Source of the DNA: Octopus vulgaris
Taxonomy: Eukaryota
Assembly (NCBI GenBank): GCA_951406725.2
Contig: OX597819.1
Coordinates: forward strand, 64,790,001-64,854,000
Length of the DNA stretch: 64,000 nucleotides
Reading direction: 5' to 3'
The notes under the pieces were generated by a model, which was given only the letters and a program-made list of their open reading frames with translations, searched no databases and was not told where the DNA came from. This document shows, in pieces, positions 16,727 to 30,523 of the stretch (its first letter is position 1; every line of letters begins with the position of its first letter). The position numbers and the translations under genes are program-made.

Positions 16727-17108
16727 CATTGCAGCAAGCCTCAAGGAAAGACATCATAAATCGGAGTAAAAATATTCACAAAATAGCACAAAAAAAATTG
16801 GAAGAAAAAGAAATGTATTAATAAATACATGTAGAAAAGTTGTATTACATTATGTAATAACAGAGTAGAAAATACAATTACTGTAAGAATTTCGTGACAT
16901 TGTTGCAGGTGTGAAAATTTCGATGCATACATTTAATTTTGCTACATTTATCTAAATAAAAGTTGACATCTCATTTAGGGCAATGCATACTCAGACCTTA
17001 AAGCGCACTCACACATACACAGACATATGCACACACACATACACAGACACATACAAACGCACACACATTTTTATGTATATTCGTATGGGTGTATATGTAT
17101 ATATATAA

Positions 17109-17337
17109 AAGCCGACGAGCTGACAGAAACGTTAGCACGGCGGGCGAAATGCTTTGCGGTATTTCGTCTACCGTTACGTTCTGAGTTCAAAGTCCGCCGA
17201 GGTCGACTTTGCCTTTCATTCTTTCGGGGTTGATTAAATAAAGTACCAGTTACGCACTGGGGTCGATGTGATCGGCTTAATCCCTTTCACTGCCCTTGTT
17301 TGTCTCCTCTATGTTTAGCCCATTGTGGGTAGTAAAT
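17109..17337 (+). mobile_element. SINE family A
   Basis: gacgagctgacagaaacgttagcacgg...gagttcaaagtcc...gcctttcattctttcgggg...ggggtcgatgtgatcg. Confidence 0.85.
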
Positions 17338-17386
17338 AAATATATATATATAAATGCACATATATGTACGAATATACATACACACA

Positions 17387-17484
<98 letters not shown>

Positions 17485-17639
17485 TAGAAAGAGGGAGGGA
17501 GAGAAGGAGAGTCAGATAATGTATTACATATCCATGTTTTTTTTAAGTGCAATTACTATAAAAGTAATTTAATTTTACGCTGAATGATTAATCAAATATC
17601 TTTTACTGATATACAGATTTATTAATATAGTTTTCATAT

Positions 17640-17840
17640 TTTGGTACAAATCCAGCAATTTCAGGGGAGGGTATACATTGACCCCAGTAATCAACTGGTA
17701 CTTATTTTGTCATCCCCGAAAGGATGCAAGCAAAGTCGACCTCGTCAGAATTTAAACTCTTACACTTTAAATCGTACACTGACGAAATCCCGCTAAGAAA
17801 TTTGTCCAACGTGGCAATGATTCACCCACCTCATTGCCTT
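17640..17840 (-). mobile_element. SINE family A, degraded
   Basis: gaccccagt...ctggtactta...ccccgaaaggatgcaagcaaagtcgacctcg is the rc of the family A core. Confidence 0.7.
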
Positions 17841-18650
17841 AAAGGGATTTATGAATATTACAAGGTAAATTTTGTCTCTGAATTCGAAGTTTCAGTTTGC
17901 TTGTCGTCATCAGAATGGTCTATTCTCTTCTATCTTTGATTTTCACTTCTCACGTCTCTCTCTCTCACACACATTATGTCTCTCTTGCCACTCATTAATA
18001 TTTCACTCTGTGTCGATGTTCTGGTCCATCCTACCATGATGATATCAGAGATTTCACCCCTCCCCTCGATGGTGTTATAATTTTATATTTAAGAATAATT
18101 ATATTGAATTCTGATCGCTGGCTAGTAGTACTGCCACAGCTGAAACAAATACATATGTTTGTTCTGATATAACGTTTTTGAGTCTTCTTAAATTGGTGTA
18201 AGCATTGAAACTGTATTTTGGTTTCGCTTTCTTGTTATCGTTTGCTAAGCCTTCAGACTTTTTTCTTGTGGATTTTTAGTTAAACCAAAACATGCAAAAT
18301 CTACGGTTACCTACAGACAATCATGCAACAGCGTAGTGATTTATAAAATGTGCATAGGTTCTGACTTAGGGCTCGGTCGGTCCCAATGTTACAGATGGAA
18401 AGACATGCGACTGAATCTAGAAGGGAACGATTATTTCAAACCATGCATTACGTAAGAATGAAATTAAAATCCATTTTGCACCTCACCAGGTATATACTTG
18501 TTTTGCTATAATGATAGCTTCGGCGATTACCTGATTGGTACCAGCAATACACGGTTAGAAGATCCAACGATGTAATACATCAAGAGTAAACACTTTTGGA
18601 ATATATAAGAGTGAAAATAAGGAAAACGAGGAGGAACAAGAGAAAAAAGG

Positions 18651-18671
18651 TAATAGTATTATTATTATTAT

Positions 18672-18716
<45 letters not shown>

Positions 18717-18723
18717 CAGCAGC

Positions 18724-18786
<63 letters not shown>

Positions 18787-19094
18787 GGTGGTGGTGGTGG
18801 TGGTGGTGGTAGTGGTAATAGTAGTTGCAGCAGTAGAAGGAGAAGCGAAGTAGAAGAAGGGGAAGAAGAAGAAGAAGAAGAAGAAGAAGAAGAAGAGAAG
18901 AAGAGGAAGGAGAAGAAGAAGAAGAAGAAGAAGAAGAAGGAGGAGGAGGAGGAGAAGAAGAAGAAGAAGAAGAAGAAGAAGGGGAAGAAGAAGAAGAAGA
19001 AGAAGAAGAAGAAGAAGAAGAAAGAGAAGAAGAAGAAGAAGAAGAAGAAGAAGAAGAAGAAGAAGAAGAAGAAGAAGAAGAAGAAGAAGAAGAA
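18651..19094. repeat. Compound (TAG)n/(GGT)n/(GAA)n microsatellite
   Basis: Direct reading. Confidence 0.97.
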
Positions 19095-21174
19095 GGTAAA
19101 CAACCGGTACTGTACGGAGATTTACCCACAGTGTCAGATGTCGAAAAATTGTATTTGAAGAGAAGTTGTCGACGATGTGGATTAATAAAAGTAGAAGTCA
19201 GTGAAAGTAGAATCAGAGTGTTTATGGAAGTAATAATCTGCAGCATCATGACCTTGTTTACTTGTCTCTACCAATACTTGAGGATTTCATTCCTCTGTTT
19301 AGTTTAACACTCTATCTTTTCCTTTTCATTTCATTTTACTCCAGTGTCAAATGAGTATGCGATGTTGATATACAATGCAGGCAGTTCATTGATCTTGTCA
19401 ACGACTAATTTATTTAGACGGTTTTGAGATTTTTGTTATATTGTTTTGTTTTTGTTTTATGAAATACTTGCAAAAACAGATTAAAGGGAGTGGATCTTAG
19501 CTAAAGGAAGGGAAGAAGAAAGTAAAGCTGTTAAAAGCTGAAAACAACAATACGAACTGAAAAGTTAACTCGGTACGTTTTACTAAATTGTTGGCAGATA
19601 GAAATATCATAAGATATTTCAGTTAAATAAATAACGTGTTTCAGAGACGGAATCATATACTTCAATTCTAATTGTGTAATATGAGACAGTGATAATAAAA
19701 TACATGAACTGCTTTTATGCGAAATGGAAACGACAAAATTTACTTGAGCGATACATTGTCATATACGAAAAGTTTTGGATATTAACATGTACCGAAGTAT
19801 TATTAAAATAAACCAAGACATAGCACTATAAAAGTCCCTGTGGCGGTAATATTGCTCATCACGATTCCAACAGGTTGTTAAATAGAATATTAGCAGAATG
19901 TTCATATATATTAGAGAAGTGTCTTTCTTCATCAATTCTGCTGGCCTGTTCTATAAAGATTGCTTGACCAAGAACTTCTTCAACGAATTCTCGAATCTAA
20001 AGAAGGAGCTTCAGTGGTTCTGGAATTTGCATAAATTTATCATTATCGAAAACCTTAGGAAAAATTACAAGATTACATTAATAATCGAAGGTGTCCAATA
20101 TCGATATGAATAACCTGATTCTGCACAGTGCCGTATTTATGAACGTTTCGGAAATAAAGTTTGCATAGAAGCAACAGAGTAGCAACAGAACAATAAAGTG
20201 ATGCTGAATAAAGGGAATAAAGGATGAAATGTGCCCTTGAAATCGGTAGCAAAATGTAATAGTGGATCTTTCCTATTTAAACCGAAAGATGGCTGAAAGC
20301 CAACAAGGCGGATATTATAGTCAATGATAAGAGAAAGAGATATGTGGTATTATACACATGGTCTTTCCATTTGGCACCAGAGTAAAAAGTAAAGAGATAT
20401 GTTATGCCCACTTAAGATTTGAAATCTTCAGGTACTGGAACAGAGAATGTAACAAAATTATGATGTCATTGATTTTATTGGGGCGTGCGGAAGAATAATT
20501 AATAGTTTGAGGTTGAGTGACCAAGTAAGTCAAATAGGAGAAGAGAGCGGGTTAAGAGATGCACAAATAAAAGAAATCAAGCGTTATCTACTAGACGTAG
20601 GATGGGTAAATGATGTCAACGACACTGAAAGCAGAGACAGAAGTTCAGGTAACTTGTATAGAAAAAAAAACCACTGAACGTACAAGAAGAAACATAGTTT
20701 AATTTTTCCGATGTAAATATGGTCATTGCATAATATTGCCCAATCAAATGAAAAGAAAATGTTTAACATCCATACTAAAGAAAATGAACAATATAAAGAG
20801 ACACAGATCATTAACCAAGACTTGGATTAAAATCAGAAGTAATGATATCACCATGAGCTGCAAGAAAATATACGCTGAAGATGTTATAGTAACGGAAAGT
20901 CTTCAAGTGAGGATATGACAATGCCACCCCACCAAAATAAAGAAAACAAAGACACAGAGAGAGAGAGAGAGAGGGAGAGAGAGAGAGAGGGAAAGAGAGA
21001 GAGAGGGAGGGAGAGAGAAGCCTAGTGGAAAAGCAGATTGAAGTAACAGGTAGGCCAGTTCGGAAAAGATCTTGCAAGGGTAGATATTCTTAGAAACGAG
21101 GATCAGATAGAAAGTACATCCCATGAAGTAACCCAAAAAGAACTATTGGCTGAAACTATATATATATATATATA

Positions 21175-21288
21175 TCAAGTGATCACGTGACCGACCAGAC
21201 CATCAGATGTTGCTACACATCGCTTGTCACAATGCGTTCGCATTGTTTAAGCCTTCGAATGACTCCACCCCGCTGGCTAAACGAGCAG

Positions 21289-21292
<4 letters not shown>
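21175..21292. repeat. 118-bp structured insert between (TA)n arrays
   Basis: Hairpins acaatgcg/cgcattgt and gatgt/acatc, plus a gtgac...gtcac pair. (TA)n on both sides. Confidence 0.55.
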
Positions 21293-21343
<51 letters not shown>

Positions 21344-21345
<2 letters not shown>

Positions 21346-21844
21346 AATGTGAGGATAAAATTCTTTTCGAAAAAAATATTTTCTCGAAAAAAATTTCATC
21401 AATGGGCAGCATATTAAAAAATACATTTAACGGTTAAATTTATAAACAATTCATAAATGAGGACAAAGGGAAAACAATTCTAATGTCAAATATGCCGAAA
21501 AATTGGACATATTGTCCATTAAACATATAATTTTTTCACAATACGCACGCTACTCGAAAAAAGGTCGACAGAAATTTCTAAAAAATTCCATTATTACCAT
21601 ATCGGACCGATTTCAGAGTTAGCGACTAAGAGCCCTCTCTTCGTCAGTGATACATGTGGCAAAAGGAATAAATGAGATACTTACTCATAGCCATATGGTA
21701 ATAATGGAATTTTTTAGAAATTTCTTTCGACCTTTTTTCGAGTAGCGTGCGTATTGTGAAAAAAATATATGGTTAATGGACAATATGTCCAATTTTTCGG
21801 CATATTTGGCATTAGAATTTTTTCCCTTGCCCTCATTTATGAAT

Positions 21845-21848
<4 letters not shown>
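21344..21848 (-). mobile_element. Penelope-like/retrozyme fragment in (TA)n with a 155-bp inverted duplication and an HHR
   Basis: Arms 21447-21602 and 21693-21846 are reverse complements. The HHR motif lies in the loop. (TA)n on both sides. Confidence 0.7.
21600..21652 (-). ncRNA. Type I hammerhead ribozyme motif (minimal stem III)
   Basis: The rc reads tatca-CTGACGA-agag...ctct-GAAA-tcg-GTC-cgata. Core intact, with one mismatch each in stems I and III. Confidence 0.7.
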
Positions 21849-21939
<91 letters not shown>

Positions 21940-22619
21940 GAGAGCGTTGGTATAACTAACACGAAGGATAAAGGCGAGAGCTGCCAAGATTTAAATGTCC
22001 AATAACAGAACTGGACAATTTAGAGAAAGTAAGTTGTTCAAAACAGATCAAAGTAGATTCTATTGGTAAGAAATAGAGATGTTACAATGGACGTAGCGAT
22101 TAATAAGTAAGATGCAAAGGAAAGCTGGAAAGAATTTTGGAGACACGAAGTCAAAAACGATGGCTTAAAAGAAGGATAAATACAAATAACGCAGATCTGC
22201 CGAAACGGAGAAACATAGATATGACAGGAGAACAGTTGAAAAGAGTCTTAAAATGGATGGTAAGTCGGGTAATCTCCTAGAACTGATTAATTCCAGGGTT
22301 TTGGGTTTTAAATTTGGATTGTGCTTCATGGCAGAATAAATAAACAAATAAATAGTTGTATTCAGAGAAGTGATGTTCTCGAATGGATGACGAAAATTAG
22401 GGTGCTGTTAACAGTGAATGCCCCAATGAAAATAAATAAATAAATAATTAATTAATTAATTAATTAATTAAATAAAGAGGCATAAAGTGTAAAACCAGAA
22501 AGACAATAATTATCGTTACATCTTAGTGCAGCCTTAATATATTAAATCTAACAGAGGAGGAGAGAGGAGATTGATAGATAGAAGACAGTGTGGAGATGGT
22601 AGAACTTATACTTTTATTC

Positions 22620-22865
22620 TTCTATTTCATTTGTTTAACTGCGGCCATGCTGGAGCACCGCTTTTAGTCGTGAAAATCGACCCCAAGACTTATTCTTCGT
22701 AAGCCTATTCAGTCGGACCTTTTTGCCGAACCACTAAGTTACGGTGGCGTAAACCCACCAGCATCGGTTGTCAAGCGATAGTGGGAAACAAACACAAACA
22801 GACAAAGACACACACATATGCATATACATATAAATACACACACACACACGTACACACACACACGT

Positions 22866-22902
<37 letters not shown>

Positions 22903-23061
22903 CGTAAGGCTTCTTTCAGTTTCCATCTTCCAACTCCACTCACAAGACTGGTCGACCCTAGGCTATAGTAGAAGACACTAGTCCAAGGTGGCACGCAGTG
23001 GGACTAAACACGGAGCCATGTGGTTTGTAAGCAAGCTACTTACCACACAGCCACTCCTGCA
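22620..23061 (-). mobile_element. SINE family B, near full length
   Basis: Same head, microsatellite and tail as 3640-4007. Confidence 0.85.
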
Positions 23062-23469
23062 TTTATGTGAGGAATAGAATCGAAATTCTTTCTATTTCAT
23101 CTGCCAGAACAGAAGCGAACACATTGTAGGAACCACGATAGAATGGAAGTAAAGAAGAAACACGGAGAATGAATGAAACATCTGTGAGGACAGTGCAAAC
23201 ACAAACTCTTCCAGCAGAAGAATCTTGTTTATGGATGAATAAGGGAGAAATCAAGAAAGGAATAGAATATATTACGTTTGCTAAAAGCCAGAACGGATGT
23301 CATTGGGGCAATAATTGAGGGTAGTTTGGGAAGGGTTAAGTGCAGTATAATGTAAACATAAAGAGAAATAAACACTTGTAGTCTTTTGACTCAAAAAGTG
23401 TGTGGATTTAGACGCGATCTTGTAGCCAAGATTACACAACGTAGCATATTTCGTCAAAGGAGTTCGAAT

Positions 23470-23660
23470 TAAACAGAAATTGGTACCAATAGCAATCCGT
23501 GAGTATGAGAGAATATAATCAGTTTAAAGTCTTTACTGCTGAGATTCATCACGAAATTCAAGCAGGACAACCGGATTCAGGATATGGATTCAAAAGAATG
23601 CAGCATCATAGATGTGGCAGTGAGAACTGATATAAATATTGCGGTCAATACACAGGCGAA
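23470..23660 (+). mobile_element. Very decayed RLE-endonuclease LINE fragment
   Basis: EIQAGQPD and KECSIIDVAV resemble EIKANRPD...LIDV of the R4/Dong copies. Confidence 0.4.
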
Positions 23661-25789
23661 AATAGAAACAAAATGGTAATTGGAATGGCAGGAGAAAATT
23701 GCTTCTTTGTAGCAAAGAGAGTTGCATTAATACAATAAAAAAACGGGCAAAGGTTATTCAAAAGGCCCTTGATATTAAACGTGATAGTTTTGTGCAAACG
23801 TATCAATTCTGATAATAAATATCATAATTTTTATCGTAAAATAACGGTAACACCAGTAACGATATAGTGTTAATAAGAAACCCACATTGTCGAATGAAAA
23901 AGTAAAATATTTTGTCCAATTACTGTAATGTTGCAGAGTCTGGAAACAGAATATTAACATTGATAAGTAATATTGGGAAATGTATGGGCATTATTCAGGT
24001 AAGGAAAGAAAGAGGGAAGATTGATAAAGGAATAATGGTACAAAAAATATTTTAGAAACGTCATGAAATATTTATAAATGTTCGTAAATATATATTTCTC
24101 TGAATTGTGAAGACGAGATTTCCTGTAACTTCATATATCGAGTGTTTTTCAAAGAACTCCGATCTGGTTTTTGTCTTGATATGTTGAATGTGATAGTTTC
24201 TGATTCGTCAGTGATAGAAATTCGAAGCTTTAGTCTTCTCGAAATAAATTCATCGTGACACCTATCGTTTTTGCTAGAATATAGCAGATAATATTGCTTT
24301 TGACGTACATTCTACGAGAAAAAAATATATACATATTTTTTATATATATATGAAACATACTTAAATGTTTCTATAACATAAAATTCGAGAAGATTCAATG
24401 ATTGAATTTAGAATCGTTCATAAATATTTGCTTCTAAATGTATCTCACCATTTCCTTAAACTTATGTCTTTAACAAATAAAAATATTTTCCAAACAATTT
24501 TTTTATGTGATTTTTCATGCAATTTCATAAAATCCAATTCGCTCTATTCAAATCTATTTATTTTCTTATTGCCAGAGGATTACTTGTTTCATCTATAAAA
24601 ATATCTTACAAATGTAAATATACGATATAACCTTTAGTTTGATAAACTTACAATATTCAGTATGAGTGAAACGTAAACTGGTGTGTCAAATTTACATAAC
24701 ATTGTATGCGCTTTTAGCGTGATTAAATAATTGTGCAATCGAGTTACTGATAATTCACCACATGTGTTAGCTTTGAGAATTTCAAATACAATGCAAAGTC
24801 TATCTCTTTGATCAATATACGAATTTAATTTTCTGTGAAATATAATGCAAACAATTATAAACACAATGGTAACATCCTCCTATTTCAATGTTTACAAGTG
24901 GTGTTGTGGCAAATTTCATTAATTTCTAATCCTTTTTATCTCAGTCATAAATTGAAATCCATTTTCTCTCTGAGGATAGATTAATAAGCCATAGATATTT
25001 AATAAGCTATAACTATATTTAACAGTGTTAAATCCTTTATGTAGTTTTTAAAATAGTCGATGTATTGACAAAATTTTATAATTAATTAAGAATGAACCTC
25101 AGGCTATTTTTTTAAATATTTTTGGCGGGAAATGAAAGGTGCCGAGGTTACGTTTTTGTTAATTCGAAATATATCAATAAATATTTATAATCGATCTAAC
25201 TCTACCATGAGCTGTGAGCTGTAATCTGATCGGTGTAACACAGGATTTAGTCATTCCGAGTAAGTCAGAAACACCATTGTATGCAGAATCACGTACATTT
25301 GAATTTATCAATCTATTTTCAATAATACTGCAAGTCTTAATAAATTGTTGCAATTCTAACTCATAAAGAATTTTTCTACAAATTGCAAATATAAGCGTAT
25401 GTGTGTGTTACACGCACATATGTATACACATATACATATATTTATACATATATACCTATACATATGCATACACATTCATATATACTCACATACATGCTTG
25501 TATACATACATATATCCATATACACATGCTTACATACGCATACACAAACATACATACATTCACACACGTCTCGATATGCAACTATATGCATGAGAATACA
25601 TACGTAATATTATACATACATACTTACAAACAAAAATACCCTGTTGTTAATGCTGAAATTCCAGTGAGGATCTAGGTTAGAAACCAGTTCTTTCTCTATT
25701 GGCATGAAATTTTAAAATAAACTGAATAATGACATACATTCACACATCCATACATCCATACATACAGGTATACAATATCCGTTGAAACT

Positions 25790-26770
25790 GTTTTTGGATA
25801 TCACATTTTAGAGAGAAAATACAAAAGAGTACGTTCCGTGCAAAATCAAAAGTGAGGATAACTTTGGAAAATAAGTATTGAGGCAGTACACTTGGAATAC
25901 AGCTGCTTCATGTACCCCAATGGATCCTGGATTGTTCTACCTAAACAGAAGCTTGGAGGAGAGGCAGGCATCATTTCAGGAAAAACCAATGAATGTGTAC
26001 ATATACTTTAAGCTGTAGAATAAGAACTGCATTGAGAGGAAGAATAGTCTATCCGGTACCTGTGATAGATATATCCCACTAGGAGGATATACCTATGAGA
26101 TATAGGAACAGGTCATAACCACCAAATATTTGATGAGCAAGAGAGACAAATATACAACCAATCCGCCACGTTGTGATAGAAATTGATGGCTCTGATGTAC
26201 CAGTGAGAAAGATATGACCCACATCATCAGCAGCTGCCCAAAACTTTCTACGGGATTCTACCTACCCCGGAGGCATGATATATTTGTAAAAGTCCTATTT
26301 AATGTTATTCGCAAGAAGGATCGCCCTGACATATATAACTCAAAAGTATATCAGAAACAGCACCTATTGACACTTTTCAAAACAAGGAATACGGGAAGAA
26401 CACTCTGATGAAAACAGCAATTCGGTGCAAATATAATAGATCTAATATGGCTCTGTGGGACGTGGAACAAAAGTCATGTACAACTGTAACAGTCACCTGT
26501 CCAGCAGTTGTGAACGCACGCTCAAGAGTCTAGTAAAAGGAGAACATTTAAGAAGAATTAATGTGGCAATACCGCTCTGGTATGCTAACTATAAATTCTC
26601 ATTCGTACTTATCCTGATAGGCGTATTAGGCTATGCACCTAAAGTTTTATGAGAAAACATGAAATTACTAGGGATTTCTAGAAAAGAGCAAAATAAAACC
26701 AATTCTTCACATCTAATGTATTAGCGGTACAGTGAAGGTTTTTCAAACATTTCAATGATTCTCTGTTTGA
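25790..26770 (+). mobile_element. Decayed RLE-type (R4/Dong-like) LINE 3' portion
   Basis: EQVITTKY, MTHIISSCPKLSTGFYLPRRHD, LWDVEQK...VTCPA and ILIGVLGYAPK. Confidence 0.7.
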
Positions 26771-27002
26771 GATTCTTTAGATCAACAGATATACACACTC
26801 AGGTAGATGCAGCAACAGTTCAACCGACACATCAACTCAACCACTTTATTGATAAACAACGGGAACTCTCTTAAGGATTAAAAATAGAGCTCAAATAAAG
26901 AAAACACAGACAAACGCATACAATTACACGCACGCACTCACGCTCGCACGTACACACACACACACACACGCACATACATGCATACACACACATACATATA
27001 TA

Positions 27003-27066
<64 letters not shown>

Positions 27067-27286
27067 TATAATATATATATACATACGTATATTACATCTC
27101 CATTTAACAAGAGAGCGACGTTGAATGCATATTCAATTTCATTGTAAACCACTTTGTAACGACTTGTAAAATCCTTCAAACTGTGCATGCAATTTCAGCT
27201 GCGAAAAGTTATTTATGTTTCCGTGGTAAGAAAGTAAGAAATATATTTCTCTGATGGTGCTTTAATACTAATGTGTAGTCGAGTCT

Positions 27287-27880
27287 GGGACATTTAGCCC
27301 CATGTACAATAACCCCACACGGACAAATACACCTGATGACAACTACCTCTGAGGACAACAACCTCTGGGAAACTTACGAGGTAAGACAATTAGCCCCAGG
27401 CAGTTGACCTCCGACGTGCAGCGTATTTTCCGGTGTACAAGCTACTATTTACCAAATGCTGGTTTACTTTTTCTCAAATGCTGGTTTGTATTTTCTCAAA
27501 TGCGTGTTTGCTTTTTATCAAATGTTGGTTGATGCCACCAAAACGTTTGGAAGTTTCTGAAATATATCAAAAGTGAGCAAGCATGAAAACAAGTACTTAT
27601 GACTCAATCGTTGACTGGTCTTGCTAAACAACCACCTAGAAAGAAATTTTATACATGTTTCAGCCAGTATTAATGCCGTAGTTAGCAATTATGAAGACAT
27701 AAATGTGATATAATATTTGCGAGGAATCGCGTATCATTTGCACTTTTAGATGATGATTTAAAACTTCTTGAGATATTGGAGACGATTAATTAACCAAAGG
27801 GGGTAATTGCCCTAGGGAGTAGTCGTCGTGAGGGGGAATTGCCCTTCAGTGTGTCTGTGGGGATTAATTGTCCTGATTAT
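27287..27880. mobile_element. Foldback/MULE-like MITE with subterminal short repeats
   Basis: ggacaa(t)t(a)cccc-like units at 27287-27415 and their rc (ggggtaattgcc, ggggaattgccc, gattaattgtcc) at 27798-27872. Internal 22-bp tandem repeat at 27454-27532. Confidence 0.55.
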
Positions 27881-27959
27881 TCTAACGATTCTTCCTCTAC
27901 ACCTTGTGATTAAAATTAAGATGTCACTGTCGGCTATTTCACAGAGATCTATAGAAAAC

Positions 27960-28320
27960 ATACGGTTTCAGGGGCACTGCGTGGCTCCTTGTGCAAGTGT
28001 TTTCTACTGTAGCCTCGGGCCGAACAGGGCCTTGTGAATGGATTTGGTAGACAGATACTGACAGAAGTTTGTCCTGTATGTATATATGTCTGTGTGTGTC
28101 TGAGTGTATGTTTGTGTGTGCATGTGTGTGTGTGTGTGTGTTTGTCTCTGTGTTTGTTCCCCACCACTGCTTGACAACCGGTGCCAGTGCATTTCAAAGA
28201 TGCCGATAAGATAAGCACCAAACTTAAAAATTAAGTACTGCAGTCCATTTATGCGGCTAAAATAAATTCCCGAAGTTGGTGCCCCACCATGGCCGCAGTC
28301 TGACATAAGTGAAAGATAAA
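27960..28320 (+). mobile_element. SINE family B
   Basis: cactgcgtggctccttgtgcaagtg...ggatttggtagacag...gcttgacaaccggtg...ggtgccccaccatggccgcag. Confidence 0.8.
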
Positions 28321-28700
28321 ATATCACGCATTTTACTATGTTAAAAATATAAAATACAAGGGCTCATAGATACGTAATATATGTCTTAAATGAATAAATA
28401 TTTAGAGTTGGACTTTGAACTCCGGGAATGTCAATGTCCTTTCGTAAAAGGCAAAAAATCAAAAAAATTTTCGTTGTTAGCACATTTTAGATCGGTAAAA
28501 TTTATGCAAATGAATGTTTTACTTACACAGAGAACTTTATGTATTGAAAGTTCTGACAATACACTTTCTTGTAGAACAATCGATTTTCTCCTAAATGTAT
28601 TCAATCGATACACACACACGCGCGTATATACAAGCACACATATGCACGCAAACATATGCTGATACTTAAACTAAAATATCTGTTTAAAAATTTATCTATC

Positions 28701-29148
28701 AAGGAGGTGATCTGGCAGAAGCCTTAGAACGCAGGGCGAAATGCTTAGCGGTATTTTGTCTGCCGTTACGTTCTGAGTTCAAATTCCGCAGAGGTCGACT
28801 TTGCCTTTCATCATTCCGGGCTCGATAAATTAAGTACCACTTGCATACTAGAGTCGATCTAAACGACTGCCCCCTCCCCACCGAAGTACTAGTTACGCAC
28901 TGGGGATGATGTAATCGACTTAATCCGTGTGTATGTCCTTGTTTGTTCCCTCTGTGTTTAGCCTCTTGTGGGTTGTAAATAAATAGGTATTTCGTCTGTT
29001 TCTACGCTCTGAGTTCAAATTCCACCGATGTCGGCTTTGCTTTTCATCCTTTCGGAGTCGATAGATTAAGTACCATTTGCGTGCAGGAGTCAATCTGATC
29101 GACTGGCTCCGTCCAATGCTGGGTCTTGTGTCTAGAGTAGAAAGGAAT
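28701..29148 (+). mobile_element. SINE family A, composite/tandem copies
   Basis: Head at 28701, second box B/core at 28986-29100, tail at 29120-29148. Confidence 0.8.
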
Positions 29149-29156
29149 ATGTATCT

Positions 29157-29195
<39 letters not shown>

Positions 29196-29784
29196 GAGAA
29201 AAACGCCTTCCGTCCAATGGACGGTGCTGAGTTGTCAAACATTTCAATCAAATTTTCTCAAAACAACTTGTCCGACTGTCCTATAGGCCTCCTCTTTGAG
29301 AAACACTGATTTAACCTAAATTTGAGACACCAGCAAAATAAGAAATAAATATAGACTTTTTTTCTATTCCAAAGAAAAACTATTATATTCACACAAATAT
29401 GCAATCAAAGTATTTAAAGTACCAGTAATGATTACGCTGTTGACTGGGAGAACAAAAAACATGGTTTAAACAGAAAGCTGGGCAGGAACGAAACGTGCTT
29501 TTAAGCAGTACAAAAACAACAAAAATGGTAGGTGCAGTTATGTACACGTTGAGGGAAGAATAGCAGGACAAAAACGATGCATGCAAGTGGGTTGGCTACA
29601 GGTAAATCTTGATGGAAAAGCATGATGAATTTATGAGAACGTACCTAGGAAAATAATAAGTTTATCCGATAAAACATGTAGGAAGCAAGTTGGGGAGATT
29701 TTTGATGAAAAGCAACAACCTAGGAGACTAAGTAACCAATTTTAAGCTAATTTACTTTACGGGATGTTCAAGGGCATGGAAAAG

Positions 29785-30052
29785 CTAGTGGAGCGCAGCC
29801 TTGTAAACCACATTCCTGATGTACTTGCGCGTACAAATGCACGTTCCTACGGCTTTATCAATCGCATTCTCACCAGGAATCGATTTTTGTAATTTTTTCA
29901 AGACTTATACACACCCTGATACCGTCGGTATCTACATATCAAATTTGAGCGCAATCGGATGGAACATGCCCGAGATCTTTGAAGACACTGGAACATGCCC
30001 GAGATCTTTGAAGACACACATACAGACAAACAGAACGGATTTTATATAATAG
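29785..30052 (-). mobile_element. Helitron-like derivative, 5' part
   Basis: The rc begins TCtattatataaaatccgttctgtttgtctgtatgtgtg, like the other Helitron 5' ends. 28-bp direct repeat at 29961-30017. Confidence 0.5.
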
Positions 30053-30130
30053 ATATGTGTGTGTGCTTGCGTGATTGTGGCTGTGTGTCTGCCTATCCAC
30101 GTTTGTTTGAGTATCTATCTATCAATCAGT

Positions 30131-30523
<393 letters not shown>

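Noticed and set aside
27454-27532. Short direct repeats as a CRISPR array
   Set aside because: Contiguous 22-bp tandem units without unique spacers, in a eukaryotic context with no cas genes.
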